Shown here: piece by piece, positions 20,568 through 29,760 of the stretch
How the letters are laid out: each line of letters opens with the position of its first letter
Position numbering within the stretch: position 1 is the stretch's first letter
From: Pseudomonadota bacterium
Lineage (GTDB): Bacteria; Pseudomonadota; Alphaproteobacteria; UBA2136; JAPKEQ01
DNA length: 64,000 nt
Assembly: GCA_036141575.1 (NCBI GenBank)
Contig: JAYZXF010000018.1
Span: 613-64,612 of the forward strand
Direction of reading: 5' to 3'
The notes under the pieces: model-generated
What the model was told of the DNA's origin: nothing
What the model saw: the letters and a program-made list of their open reading frames with translations, nothing else
Databases searched by the model: none
Translations under genes and position numbers: made by a program

Positions 20568-21716
20568 TTAGCTGTCTACCAGACTGTTTTTGTACTCATT
20601 CAGAGCACGAAGCAGCCCTCGGGTTTGGTGTTCACACATGGTGCCTTCAAATACGAAGTAATCCAGGAAGTTTTCAGTGATATGGATCACATCTTCAAGC
20701 ATGTGAATTTCAGCTGTTATGTTGCCGTTAGCAGCGACCGTGATGGTATTGATCAAGCCGTTGACATCATAGATGAGCGGGTGCATAGAGTCGTAGTGAT
20801 TCGCATGCAGCTCCACATGTGCCATTTGGCGTTCATTGGAGTAAATGATCAGTGCTGCGTCTGAAACGGGAGTACCAGAATAAACATCCACAAACAGGTT
20901 ATCTTTCTTGGACTTTCCAACTGTCCACTCTGCAATCGCTTGGCTGAGAGAGCATCCAAAAAAGCCATGGGCTTCACTCTCAACAACATAGATGCTTGCA
21001 CCTTCATCCTCAATGGCTTCACTGACGGTATCACAAAGGAAATCAGCAATTTTGACATCAAGGAGTTCGGTGTTTTCAAGGCCGTTAGGCAGCATGCTTC
21101 CTGCAGCTTCTTCGGCTTTTGCACCTGGGTAGGCCATATCAACAAAAGCGCAGATGCTTTTGATGTCGCTGAGAACTTTGTTGCTCACGCCCTCTTTTTT
21201 CCAAGTGAGGGATGCAAACGTTTTGATTTTCTCAATTTCACTGCGAACAGAGAAAGCATCAATCATCTTGCTGACGATTTCGGCTGCATTGGGCAGAACG
21301 TTATCACGAATTGTTGTGAACTCTGTCAGGTGCAAGCGCCCCCACAGGAGGTTGTTGACAAGTGTTAGGCCGCCGTGGCTAAACGTCAACATACGCATGC
21401 CGTTATCAAAGATCACAAAATCCAGTGTGACGGAGTCTTCCTCGTCAAGGTAGAGCTGCAGGCTACTGCCTTCAAGAAGGTCGCCGTGAAAGTTATAACG
21501 AACTTTAGGAGCAAAGTTGAATTGCAGACCTATGAAAGGGTTTTCCTCCAAAGAGGTCAGAAAGCTGCCAAGTACAGGGCCAAAATCTTTGAAATTTTTG
21601 GTTTTGTACAAGGTGTCTACGTATTCTCCTTCAATGTCGCCATTAAAGGTTTCCGCATAGAACTCTACAGAGCTGATGAGAGCATCAACTTGAGTTTTCG
21701 TAAGTTGTTTGTTCAT
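20568..21716 (-). CDS. hypothetical cytoplasmic acidic protein, no family recognised
   Basis: Long ORF with AGGAG 7 nt upstream of the ATG. No TM segment or signal peptide and no recognisable motif. Confidence 0.6.
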   Translation of the reverse strand: MNKQLTKTQVDALISSVEFYAETFNGDIEGEYVDTLYKTKNFKDFGPVLGSFLTSLEENPFIGLQFNFAPKVRYNFHGDLLEGSSLQLYLDEEDSVTLDFVIFDNGMRMLTFSHGGLTLVNNLLWGRLHLTEFTTIRDNVLPNAAEIVSKMIDAFSVRSEIEKIKTFASLTWKKEGVSNKVLSDIKSICAFVDMAYPGAKAEEAAGSMLPNGLENTELLDVKIADFLCDTVSEAIEDEGASIYVVESEAHGFFGCSLSQAIAEWTVGKSKKDNLFVDVYSGTPVSDAALIIYSNERQMAHVELHANHYDSMHPLIYDVNGLINTITVAANGNITAEIHMLEDVIHITENFLDYFVFEGTMCEHQTRGLLRALNEYKNSLVDS

Positions 21717-21793
21717 GTAGAACTCCTAGAAAAAGAACGGAAGAGATGTAATAAGTTCTGGGAACTTAACAAAAACCGCTAAAAACGTCTAGG

Positions 21794-23596
21794 TTATTCT
21801 GGTAAAAAACCGCCCGCTTGCATGCTCCAAAGCTTAGCGTAATGGCCTTTTTTGTTCAGGAGTTCTTTATGAGAACCATCTTCAATAATCTCACCATTAT
21901 CAAACACAAGGATACGATCCATGTTGGCAATAGTTGAAAGACGGTGAGCAACTACCACAACCGTTTTATCTTCCATGAGGGTATTGAGGCTATCTTGGAT
22001 ATCTTTCTCTGTCACACTATCAAGGCTTGATGTGGCTTCATCCATAATCAGGACAGGTGCGTTTCTAATGAAGGCACGAGCAATGGCAATACGCTGCCTT
22101 TGGCCACCAGAGAGTTTAATGCCACGCTCACCTACAAGGGCATTGTAACCTTCAGGCGTTCGCTCAATAAAGTCATGGGCTTTAGCAAGCTTTGCAGCTT
22201 CAATCACTTCTTCGTCTGTCGCATCTAGGCGGCCGTAACGAATATTTTCCATCAGCGAGCGGTGGAAGAGGATAGGGTCTTGAGGAATCATCGCAATACC
22301 TTCACGCAAACTATCTTGCGTGTGAGTGCTCACATTTTGTCCATCAATTTTAACCGCACCACTGTTTGCTTCAAAGAAGCGAAGAATCAGGTTAACAAAG
22401 GTACTCTTACCTGCGCCAGAAAACCCAACCAGACCGACTTTTTGACCTGCAGGGATTTTAACATTTAGGCAATTAAAGACTTTTTGGCCATCTGTGTAAG
22501 AGAAGCACACATCATCAAAGTCAATTTCACCTTTTGTAACTGTCATGGCTTTTGCTTCTTGTGTATCTATAACTTCGTGCGGTTGAACAATAATATTTAC
22601 GCCGTCGTTGATGTTTCCAAGGTATTCAAAGAATTCAAGGAAGCGGCGTGCAAGGCCACGTGCTTGTTCAATAAGCATGAGGGCAAGGCTCATGACCATG
22701 GCAAACTCACCAACAGTAATTTCGCCTTTTGTCCAAACATTCAGGGCTGTTAGCATCATCAGGATCATAAGGCCAAGAGCTGCGGTAAACTGGAACCAAC
22801 GCATGATTTCCATAAACCAGAATTGGCGACGGGCCATCTTTACTTCGTATGTGAGGTGTTCATCAAGGTTTTTACGCTCGTAACCCATGTGCGCAAACAT
22901 ACGTGTGTTCATGATGTTGGTGACAGCATCTACAATTTTACCGCTCACCGCACTGCGGGCAGAGGCAAAATCTTTGGCGTATTTGCGGCATTTGCTGGCA
23001 AGGATAAATGATACAAAAATGTAAACAGAGATCCAGCTGGCAAGGGCGACCGCGAGAGATTCATGTGCGCCATAAAGTAGCGTAAGTGAAACTGCGAACG
23101 TAATTGTGATAGGTAGGAAATCAAACATGATGGTCCAAAGCAGGTGGTTTACACTCATAGAGACTTCAGCAACGCGGTTTGCTAGAGCACCAGCAAAGTT
23201 ACCCATAAAGTAACGTTGTGAATGGTTTTGCAAGTAATGGTAAAGGGTTGCACGAACACGTTTACGTAGTGCTGGGGCAAGAATAACAAGCACCGTACCA
23301 CTTGTACGGCTAAAGAGAAGTACACCAATGTTAAGGCCAATAAAGAGCGTGATTGGGTCTTTAAATGTTTCCCACATGGTGCCAGCCATCTGGCCATCTA
23401 GAGCCGTTGCTGTATCAATAATAGTCTTGATGGCATATGGCAAAAGAATACCGCAAGCGGCTTGGCCAACTTCTAAGAAAATCATGATAAATAGGAACCA
23501 TTTATATTGGCCCAAGAAATACGTTACAAACCGAAAAGGATTAGACGGCAGACGAGGCGCCCCTGGCGCGATAGTGTGTGTAAGTTCTTTTTGCAT
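21794..23596 (-). CDS. ABC exporter, fused permease/ATPase (MsbA-like type)
   Basis: Six-TM N-terminal half, then GFSGAGKST Walker A, LSGGQRQR signature, ILIMDEATS Walker B. Confidence 0.85.
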   Translation of the reverse strand: MQKELTHTIAPGAPRLPSNPFRFVTYFLGQYKWFLFIMIFLEVGQAACGILLPYAIKTIIDTATALDGQMAGTMWETFKDPITLFIGLNIGVLLFSRTSGTVLVILAPALRKRVRATLYHYLQNHSQRYFMGNFAGALANRVAEVSMSVNHLLWTIMFDFLPITITFAVSLTLLYGAHESLAVALASWISVYIFVSFILASKCRKYAKDFASARSAVSGKIVDAVTNIMNTRMFAHMGYERKNLDEHLTYEVKMARRQFWFMEIMRWFQFTAALGLMILMMLTALNVWTKGEITVGEFAMVMSLALMLIEQARGLARRFLEFFEYLGNINDGVNIIVQPHEVIDTQEAKAMTVTKGEIDFDDVCFSYTDGQKVFNCLNVKIPAGQKVGLVGFSGAGKSTFVNLILRFFEANSGAVKIDGQNVSTHTQDSLREGIAMIPQDPILFHRSLMENIRYGRLDATDEEVIEAAKLAKAHDFIERTPEGYNALVGERGIKLSGGQRQRIAIARAFIRNAPVLIMDEATSSLDSVTEKDIQDSLNTLMEDKTVVVVAHRLSTIANMDRILVFDNGEIIEDGSHKELLNKKGHYAKLWSMQAGGFLPE

Positions 23597-23608
23597 ACAT
23601 GTATGCTA

Positions 23609-24412
23609 CTACAAATAAAGCCAGCCGAGGAGAAAAATTCCAAGTGTGATGCGGTAGAGCACAAATGGCAGGAAACCAATACGGTTTACAAATCGCATGA
23701 GAAGGCCAATAGCAATGTAAGCTGTGATGAAGGAAAGCACAGCACCTGCAATAAGGTGAGAGGACTCAGCATGATTGCTAACCAATCCATCACTTGTTAT
23801 AGCACTTAAAATGGCAAGCGTTGTAAGGACACCAATCACAGGAATCGCCATAAGCATAGAGAAGTGCGCGCTTTCTGTACGTGAAAGACCGAGGAAACGA
23901 CCTGCTGTCATTGTGATACCACTTCTTGATGTTCCTGGAATGAGGGCAACTGCTTGGAAGAGGCCAAAAACAAAAGCATCTTTATGAGAGATATCTGTTT
24001 TATCACTTTTCTTTTTATCTGCAATCCAAAGCAATACGCCAAAACCAATGCTTGCGAGAGCAATGGGCAAAATACCGCGGAGGTCTTGCTCAATGAGATC
24101 TTTTAGAAGGGCAGCACAAATAAGAAGAGGGATAGTCGCAATAGAGAGTTTAATGAAGAGTTTACTGTTATCATGAGAGAGCTTACCCAATAGAGTATGC
24201 TTTATACCGCTAAGCATACGCAGCGTATCTGATTTGAAATAGAGCATCACTGCGCCAAGTGTTCCAAGGTGCACAGAGAGATCAAAAAGAATACCTTGCT
24301 CTAACCATCCAGTTATTTCAGGCACCACGATAAGGTGTGCACTGCTAGAGATTGGCAAAAACTCTGTAATGCCTTGAACCACACTGAGGATAAAAACTTG
24401 TAACCATTCCAT
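23609..24412 (-). CDS. uppP: undecaprenyl-diphosphate phosphatase
   Basis: MEWLQVFILSVVQGITEFLPISSSAHL at the N-terminus. The ORF-track extension to 24646 crosses a terminator hairpin and is rejected. Confidence 0.85.
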   Translation of the reverse strand: MEWLQVFILSVVQGITEFLPISSSAHLIVVPEITGWLEQGILFDLSVHLGTLGAVMLYFKSDTLRMLSGIKHTLLGKLSHDNSKLFIKLSIATIPLLICAALLKDLIEQDLRGILPIALASIGFGVLLWIADKKKSDKTDISHKDAFVFGLFQAVALIPGTSRSGITMTAGRFLGLSRTESAHFSMLMAIPVIGVLTTLAILSAITSDGLVSNHAESSHLIAGAVLSFITAYIAIGLLMRFVNRIGFLPFVLYRITLGIFLLGWLYL

Positions 24413-24444
24413 AATGGCTAGCATAGGCGTTTCTTCTTCAAATG

Positions 24445-24476
24445 GCAAAAAAAAGCAGCCCTCCATTTCTGGAGGG
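24445..24476 (-). terminator. rho-independent terminator after the 110-aa basic protein gene
   Basis: Stem gccctcc / ggagggc followed by TGCTTTTTTTTG on the minus strand. Confidence 0.8.
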
Positions 24477-24491
24477 CAACTTTTATCGACT

Positions 24492-24824
24492 TTAGATAAC
24501 CAAAGAGATGACCGTGGCAACAATTGCAGCAACGGCACCTGCGCCGATGGCACCAAGAATGATGTATCTGCGAATCTTGGCACGGGCGCGTCTTTTGACT
24601 TCACCTGCGGCAAGGTCAGCAGCAGCACCAACCAATGGGGCAGCATTTTTGGCCGCTTCTACAGCGCCTCTGGCAACCTTGCCGGCAGCACCTTTTGCTG
24701 CTTCCCTAACTTTAGGGCTAGCAGCAACTTGGCCAGCTTTTTTGGCGCCACCTTTGACAACCTTACCAGCAGCGCCAGCAGCACCACCGATAATTTTTTT
24801 GAGGAATTTTCCAGGTTTAGGCAT
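24492..24824 (-). CDS. small, very basic Ala/Gly/Lys-repeat protein with a C-terminal (tail-anchor-like) TM segment
   Basis: AAGGAGG lies 4 nt upstream of the ATG. GAAGKV... is repeated twice, then RRARAKIRRY, then IILGAIGAGAVAAIVATVISLVI at the extreme C-terminus. Confidence 0.6.
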   Translation of the reverse strand: MPKPGKFLKKIIGGAAGAAGKVVKGGAKKAGQVAASPKVREAAKGAAGKVARGAVEAAKNAAPLVGAAADLAAGEVKRRARAKIRRYIILGAIGAGAVAAIVATVISLVI

Positions 24825-24839
24825 AAGGCCTCCTTGGGG

Positions 24840-25406
24840 TTATTGCAGGAAGGACAACAGACCGCCAAACTCAGAGAGTAAGCCGATGCCGTCGAGAATG
24901 TCTGCGAAGGGATTAGGGATGAAAACCAGCAGTGCCAGCATGACCACCAACATGATGAAATCATCATCTTGCAGGTCATTCAGGAAGTCGCCGAAAACTT
25001 GGCTGCCATGTTGTTCAGCAAACTTGAGTAAGCCGCCGCGAAGCGGGTCAGCATCCAAGCGTGCGCGCAACAGCATTGCAGCTGCGGAAATCGCAGGGCC
25101 AACCAGAGGGGTTTCGTCTTGGAATTTCCGCAGCTTTTTGTACATCTCTGGCAGGGTATTCAACACGTCTTGAGTGTTGGGCACGTCCGGTAGCATGTTT
25201 TTGCAACTGGTTGCAAAACTGCTGATGGTTTCAGTTGGGATGTTATTGGTCAATGTGTCGACCACGTTGATATTGGTCACAGCGCCTGCAGCTTTGCCAG
25301 CAACATCACTTGCTGTATCAGCTGCTTTACCTACAGCATCTGTGGCTGTATCAGCAACTTTACCGGCAGCGTCTTTTGCAAGATCTGTCAGCTTTTTTCC
25401 AAACAT
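24840..25406 (-). CDS. acidic repeat protein with three N-terminal 11-residue repeats and a C-terminal hydrophobic region
   Basis: ATG at 25406 has AAGGA upstream. Repeats are AKDAAGKVADT / ATDAVGKAADT / ASDVAGKAAGA. C-terminus is DDDFIMLVVMLALLVFIPNPF... Confidence 0.6.
   Translation of the reverse strand: MFGKKLTDLAKDAAGKVADTATDAVGKAADTASDVAGKAAGAVTNINVVDTLTNNIPTETISSFATSCKNMLPDVPNTQDVLNTLPEMYKKLRKFQDETPLVGPAISAAAMLLRARLDADPLRGGLLKFAEQHGSQVFGDFLNDLQDDDFIMLVVMLALLVFIPNPFADILDGIGLLSEFGGLLSFLQ
25281..25379. repeat. three tandem 33-nt coding repeats (11-residue protein repeats)
   Basis: Read from the translation of 24840-25406 and from the DNA periodicity. Confidence 0.8.
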
Positions 25407-25440
25407 TTGGAGTCCTTTCGAGAGGAGAAAGAGGGACATT

Positions 25441-25475
25441 GAAGATAATAATCCCCTCCAGATATAGAGGGGATT
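25441..25475 (-). terminator. hairpin after the M16 peptidase gene
   Basis: 9-bp stem aatcccctc / gaggggatt; the trailing T-run is weak. Confidence 0.55.
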
Positions 25476-25498
25476 GTATTCAATTTCAAGGGAAAAGT

Positions 25499-26719
25499 TT
25501 AAGAAACAGCTCCAAGAAGTGAAAGTGTTTCAGGTGTGCTGAGCACTTTTTGGGCCTGTGCTTTCGCATCTTCCATTGTTACGCTTTCAATGGCTTTTAA
25601 AACTTCATCCAGCTCGCGGTAGCGATCAAAGACAAAATAGCTCGATGCAATGCGGTTCATACGAGCTTCAGTACTTTCAAGGCCCATGCGCAGACCAGAG
25701 CTCATTTGAGTCTTGGCGCGGTTGAAAGCATCTTCTGAAAGGTTGTGAGCTTGATCGTTCAAAACGTCACGCGTAACTTTGAGAACTTCATCTACACCAT
25801 CTTCACCGCAACCTGCATAGACACCAAAGATACCTGTATCGCTAAAGCTGCTATTGAATGAGTAGACGCTGTAAACAAGGCCGCGCTTCTCACGTATTTC
25901 TTGGAAAAGCGGAGAGGCCATACCGCCACCTACAGCATTACTCCAAATATCAAGAGCAAGACACTCTGGGGTGCCGCGTTTCAAGCTTTGGTAACCGAGA
26001 AGAACGTTGGCTTGTTCAAGGTCTCGGCGTTCAACATGTTTACCGCCTTTATACAGGCCTGCTTCTGAAACAGATTTTTGCCCCCCAGTAACGCCGTTGA
26101 AGCTGCTTTCTAAAAGAGCAAAGAGCTCTTTAGGTTCTACGTTACCTGCTACAGAGATCATCATGTTGCCAGTGTGGTAATGCTCTTTTACAAAGTTTTG
26201 AAAATCAGCACGCTGCATGTTTGAAACGGTTTCAACTGTGCCAAGGATATCGCGACCAAGAGGTTGATCTGGGAAGGCTTGGTGCTGGAAGTTATCAAAT
26301 ACCGCGTCGTCAGGTGTATCGTTACACATGCCAATCTCTTGTAGGATGACACCGCGTTCGCGTTCAATTTCTTCCTGAACGAACGTGCTACGAAGCATAA
26401 TGTCAGAGAGGATATCAATTGCAAGCGGCAGGTGCTCTTTAAGAAGACGAATGTAATACGCAGTAGATTCACGGCTAGTGAAGGCATTCATGTAACCGCC
26501 AACATCTTCAATCTCACGAGAGATATCTTCTGCGCTGCGATTTGTAGTGCCTTTAAATGCCATATGTTCAAGAAAGTGCGCAATACCGTTTTGCTTAAGT
26601 GCGCTTTCAAAGCGAGAGCCAACAGCGGTGTAAACGCCAATGCTAACAGTTTCTACATGTGGAATAACATCACAGCCAACACGAAGGCCGTTAGAAAGGG
26701 TGTGTGCGTGAAAGGTCAT
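25499..26719 (-). CDS. M16 family zinc peptidase (pitrilysin/MPP-like)
   Basis: HFLEHMAFKG inverted zinc motif (HxxEH). Confidence 0.85.
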   Translation of the reverse strand: MTFHAHTLSNGLRVGCDVIPHVETVSIGVYTAVGSRFESALKQNGIAHFLEHMAFKGTTNRSAEDISREIEDVGGYMNAFTSRESTAYYIRLLKEHLPLAIDILSDIMLRSTFVQEEIERERGVILQEIGMCNDTPDDAVFDNFQHQAFPDQPLGRDILGTVETVSNMQRADFQNFVKEHYHTGNMMISVAGNVEPKELFALLESSFNGVTGGQKSVSEAGLYKGGKHVERRDLEQANVLLGYQSLKRGTPECLALDIWSNAVGGGMASPLFQEIREKRGLVYSVYSFNSSFSDTGIFGVYAGCGEDGVDEVLKVTRDVLNDQAHNLSEDAFNRAKTQMSSGLRMGLESTEARMNRIASSYFVFDRYRELDEVLKAIESVTMEDAKAQAQKVLSTPETLSLLGAVS

Positions 26720-26747
26720 AAGACTCCTCTCTCTCTCTTTAAATTGT

Positions 26748-28139
26748 TTAGCGGTAACGCTCTAGAATATACTTTTTCACCACTTCAACATCGTTTGGAA
26801 GTGTTTCGTAAATTTCTTCTTTATCCATCAGGTCTTCCATGTGAGAAGGAAGAATTGGGATGGCGCCAGTTGCGCGTTCAACCGCTGATGGGAACTTGGC
26901 GGGATGTGCTGTAGAAAGAACAACCATAGGTTTAAGCCCAGGTTTTGCTTCAGCGGCACACATACCCACAGCTGTGTGTGGATCAATTGTGATTTGGCGC
27001 AAGATATCAGATGATGACATTTGCTTCAGGACATCAATCTCAGTGGCTGAGAAAGCATCAAAGATACTACGAGCATCTTCAAGCTCTTGAGAGTTGATAT
27101 CTTCAAGAGAGCCTGACTGACGGAATTCTTCCATGGCTGATTTAGTACGCTCAGGCATTTTACCGTAGAGGTCAAATAGGAAGCGTTCAAAGTTTGAGGC
27201 AACAAGGATGTCCATGCTCGGGCTTGAAGTGGGCTGAACCTTCTTCATGCTGTAATCACCTTCAGTGATGAAACGTGTGAGAATGTCATTGCTGTTGTTG
27301 GCAATAACCAAGCGCTCAACAGGAAGGCCACATTGCATGGCAACGTAACCTGCATAGATGTCACCAAAGTTACCTGTTGGGACACTAAAGCTGAGGCGCT
27401 TATCTTGAATAAAGGTACGAAGCCTTGACCATGCAAAAAAGTAGTAAACCACTTGTGGTAGAATGCGGGCCCAACTGATAGAGTTCACAGCTGTTGCGTT
27501 AACCTTTTCCTTGAAGTCTTCTTGGTTAAAAAGGGCTTTTACGATGTCTTGGCAGTCGTCAAACGTGCCTTCAATGGCAATCGGGAAAACGTTCTTTGCT
27601 TCACATGTTGTCATTTGGCGTTGTTGAATGGCGCTCGTTCTGTTCTTTGGGAACAGCATAAACGTTTTGGCGCGCTCAACATGTTTAAGGCCTTCAATTG
27701 CTGCGGGGCCAGTATCACCTGACGTCGCACCAATAACTGTGGCATTCACGTCATTATTATCGAGGGTGTAGTCAATCATTTGCCCAAGAAGTTGTAGAGC
27801 AATATCTTTAAATGCGAGTGTTGGGCCGTGGTAAAGCTCGAGGAGCCATGTATCATCACCAAGTTGGTTCAGAGGTGCTACATCTTCATCTGCAAAATTA
27901 GCGTAAGCTTTTTTAAGCATGCGCCTAAAGGTTTCGCGCGGGATGCTGTTACCAATAAATGGCGACATAATCACTTCAGCAACTTCCTCATAAGACAGGT
28001 ACGTCAGCTCTTCCATTTTATCGAATGGGATTTTTGGATAGTGTGTTGGAACATATAGGCCGCCGTCAGGTGCGAGGCCGTCTAGAATCGTTCTTTCAAA
28101 TGAAACTGGCCCAAAGCCACGTGTACTAATGTATTCCAA
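26748..28139 (-). CDS. thrC: threonine synthase
   Basis: HGPTLAFKD PLP-lysine motif; 463 aa long-form ThrC. Confidence 0.9.
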   Translation of the reverse strand: MEYISTRGFGPVSFERTILDGLAPDGGLYVPTHYPKIPFDKMEELTYLSYEEVAEVIMSPFIGNSIPRETFRRMLKKAYANFADEDVAPLNQLGDDTWLLELYHGPTLAFKDIALQLLGQMIDYTLDNNDVNATVIGATSGDTGPAAIEGLKHVERAKTFMLFPKNRTSAIQQRQMTTCEAKNVFPIAIEGTFDDCQDIVKALFNQEDFKEKVNATAVNSISWARILPQVVYYFFAWSRLRTFIQDKRLSFSVPTGNFGDIYAGYVAMQCGLPVERLVIANNSNDILTRFITEGDYSMKKVQPTSSPSMDILVASNFERFLFDLYGKMPERTKSAMEEFRQSGSLEDINSQELEDARSIFDAFSATEIDVLKQMSSSDILRQITIDPHTAVGMCAAEAKPGLKPMVVLSTAHPAKFPSAVERATGAIPILPSHMEDLMDKEEIYETLPNDVEVVKKYILERYR

Positions 28140-28148
28140 TAAGGACTC

Positions 28149-28505
28149 TTATCTACTAATTGTTTTTAAAAAGTGTGTCAGGTTGCTTGTGATCATAACG
28201 GCTGTTACAAGAATAAGAACCATCCATGCCTGCTCTTTGTTTTGAAGGGCTGTGATCTTTTCTCCAAGGTATTCACCTGCAAAGTAATAGGTAATGCAAA
28301 GCAATGTTGCAAAGAGTGTAATGAACATGTAGCCCAGAGTTAGCATAGTGTGGAACCACACTGGCATGAACGTTAGGTTCATTGAGATGATTGGTAAGAT
28401 AAATAACCAGATCCATCCCAGTGAGATAAAGAAGTACACAAACAGCAGAACCGCAAAGAGTACGGATGAGAGTAGTAATCTAAGTCTGGCAGCTGCTGAA
28501 AGCAT
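28149..28505 (-). CDS. small polytopic membrane protein (about 4 TM), unknown family
   Basis: Hydrophobic throughout; lies between the COX III gene and thrC with short gaps. Confidence 0.5.
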   Translation of the reverse strand: MLSAAARLRLLLSSVLFAVLLFVYFFISLGWIWLFILPIISMNLTFMPVWFHTMLTLGYMFITLFATLLCITYYFAGEYLGEKITALQNKEQAWMVLILVTAVMITSNLTHFLKTISR

Positions 28506-28548
28506 ATTTTCTAAACACCTATTATTCTTAAAGGCTTATGTCTGGCTC

Positions 28549-29667
28549 CTATAGAAGGTAAACAAACAGGAAAAGTCCAATCCATACTACATCCACAAAG
28601 TGCCAGTACCAAGCAGACGCTTCAAAGTAAAAGTGGTGCTTGTCTGTAAAGTCACCTTTGTACATACGTAGAAGCACAGCGAGGAGCATCAACGTACCAA
28701 GGAGGACATGGAAACCGTGGAAACCTGTTAGCATGTAGAAGAGTGAGCCATATACACCGCTGCTCATTGTAAATGCAGCATGGCCGTACTCATACATTTG
28801 GCAGAATAGGAAAATAAAGCCAAGGTTCACAGTTAGCAGAAGTGCAAACTTTGCTGTTTCGTACTCTCTGTGTAGAAGCGCGTGGTGTGCCCATGTTACT
28901 GTTACACCTGAAGTGAGTAGCAGGAGCGTGTTAATTGTAGGCAAAGCAATGTGTAGTGTTTCAATGTTTTCTGGAGGCCATACAGGGTTAAAGCTTCTTA
29001 GGAAGAAGAACGCTGCAAAAAAGGCCGCGAAGAACATGATTTCTGAAACAATAAAGAAGATCATACCGTAGCGGTTAGCAAGGTCTAGAACGTAAGGAAC
29101 CTTTTTAAAGCCACGCGCTCGGCTTTCTACAATTAGCTTGAGGAACCATTTCATAGCGGCTGCAAATGTAAGAGCGCCACCAACAATCATAAGAGCTTTA
29201 GCAATGCTGATTGGTGTCTTCATATCTTTAAGCTCTACGCCAGATGTGTAAACCACTGCATAAGCAAGAACAGCAACAATAGCACCAAGGAAGGCAAGCT
29301 TTGTATTCTCTGACTTAAGGGCGTTTTTGATCCAAGTGAGTTTACCAAGACCAAGAACGGCAAATGCTGAGTACTGTAGAGGCAGTGCATAGTCACCAGC
29401 AAAAGCATTACCATTTAGGAATACACCTGTGTAGTAAAGAAGGGCTGCCGCACCTGCTGTCAGCATAAAGAGTCCACCACCAAAGAAAGAGGCAACAGAA
29501 ACGCCGGCAACAACTGTTGCCATAAGCGCCATGAAAAGAAGAGGAGTACCAGGGTGCAAAAGAGCGATAAGGCCAAATACAAGGAACCCTACGCCGAGGC
29601 ATGAGAGTGGTGGCCAAATGTTATTACCTGGGATAAAAAAGTCGTGATCTTGTGCCTGTCCAGCCAT
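28549..29667 (-). CDS. coxC: cytochrome c oxidase subunit III homologue with a large internal insertion
   Basis: C-terminal half has the canonical motifs (TVTWAHHAL, YGSLFYMLTGFHGFHVLLGT, WYWHFVDVVW). ATG at 29667 has AGGA 8 nt upstream. Confidence 0.8.
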   Translation of the reverse strand: MAGQAQDHDFFIPGNNIWPPLSCLGVGFLVFGLIALLHPGTPLLFMALMATVVAGVSVASFFGGGLFMLTAGAAALLYYTGVFLNGNAFAGDYALPLQYSAFAVLGLGKLTWIKNALKSENTKLAFLGAIVAVLAYAVVYTSGVELKDMKTPISIAKALMIVGGALTFAAAMKWFLKLIVESRARGFKKVPYVLDLANRYGMIFFIVSEIMFFAAFFAAFFFLRSFNPVWPPENIETLHIALPTINTLLLLTSGVTVTWAHHALLHREYETAKFALLLTVNLGFIFLFCQMYEYGHAAFTMSSGVYGSLFYMLTGFHGFHVLLGTLMLLAVLLRMYKGDFTDKHHFYFEASAWYWHFVDVVWIGLFLFVYLL

Positions 29668-29760
29668 GAAATACATCCTATTTTTCACATATGTTTTAAA
29701 GAGCCTTTTTAGGCTTATATGCATTTTTACCTGATTCAGGGGTAAAAGTAAAACAGCCTT

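Noticed and set aside
24413-24646. N-terminal 78-aa extension of uppP in the ORF track (start at 24646).
   Set aside because: The extension runs through the strong terminator hairpin at 24445-24476 and overlaps the 110-aa gene. The conserved UppP N-terminus (MEWLQ...EFLPISSSAHL) begins at 24412.
24414-25173. Long ORFs overlapping the two-gene cassette: + strand 24508..25173 (221 aa) and 24414..24881 (155 aa), and alternative-frame minus-strand ORF 24659..24979 (106 aa).
   Set aside because: They are low-complexity Ala/Pro/Ser translations of GC-rich Ala/Gly codon repeats and span the intergenic gap and the SD sites of the minus-strand genes. They have no SD or terminator of their own. The minus-strand genes have an SD, a downstream terminator and sensible protein architecture.
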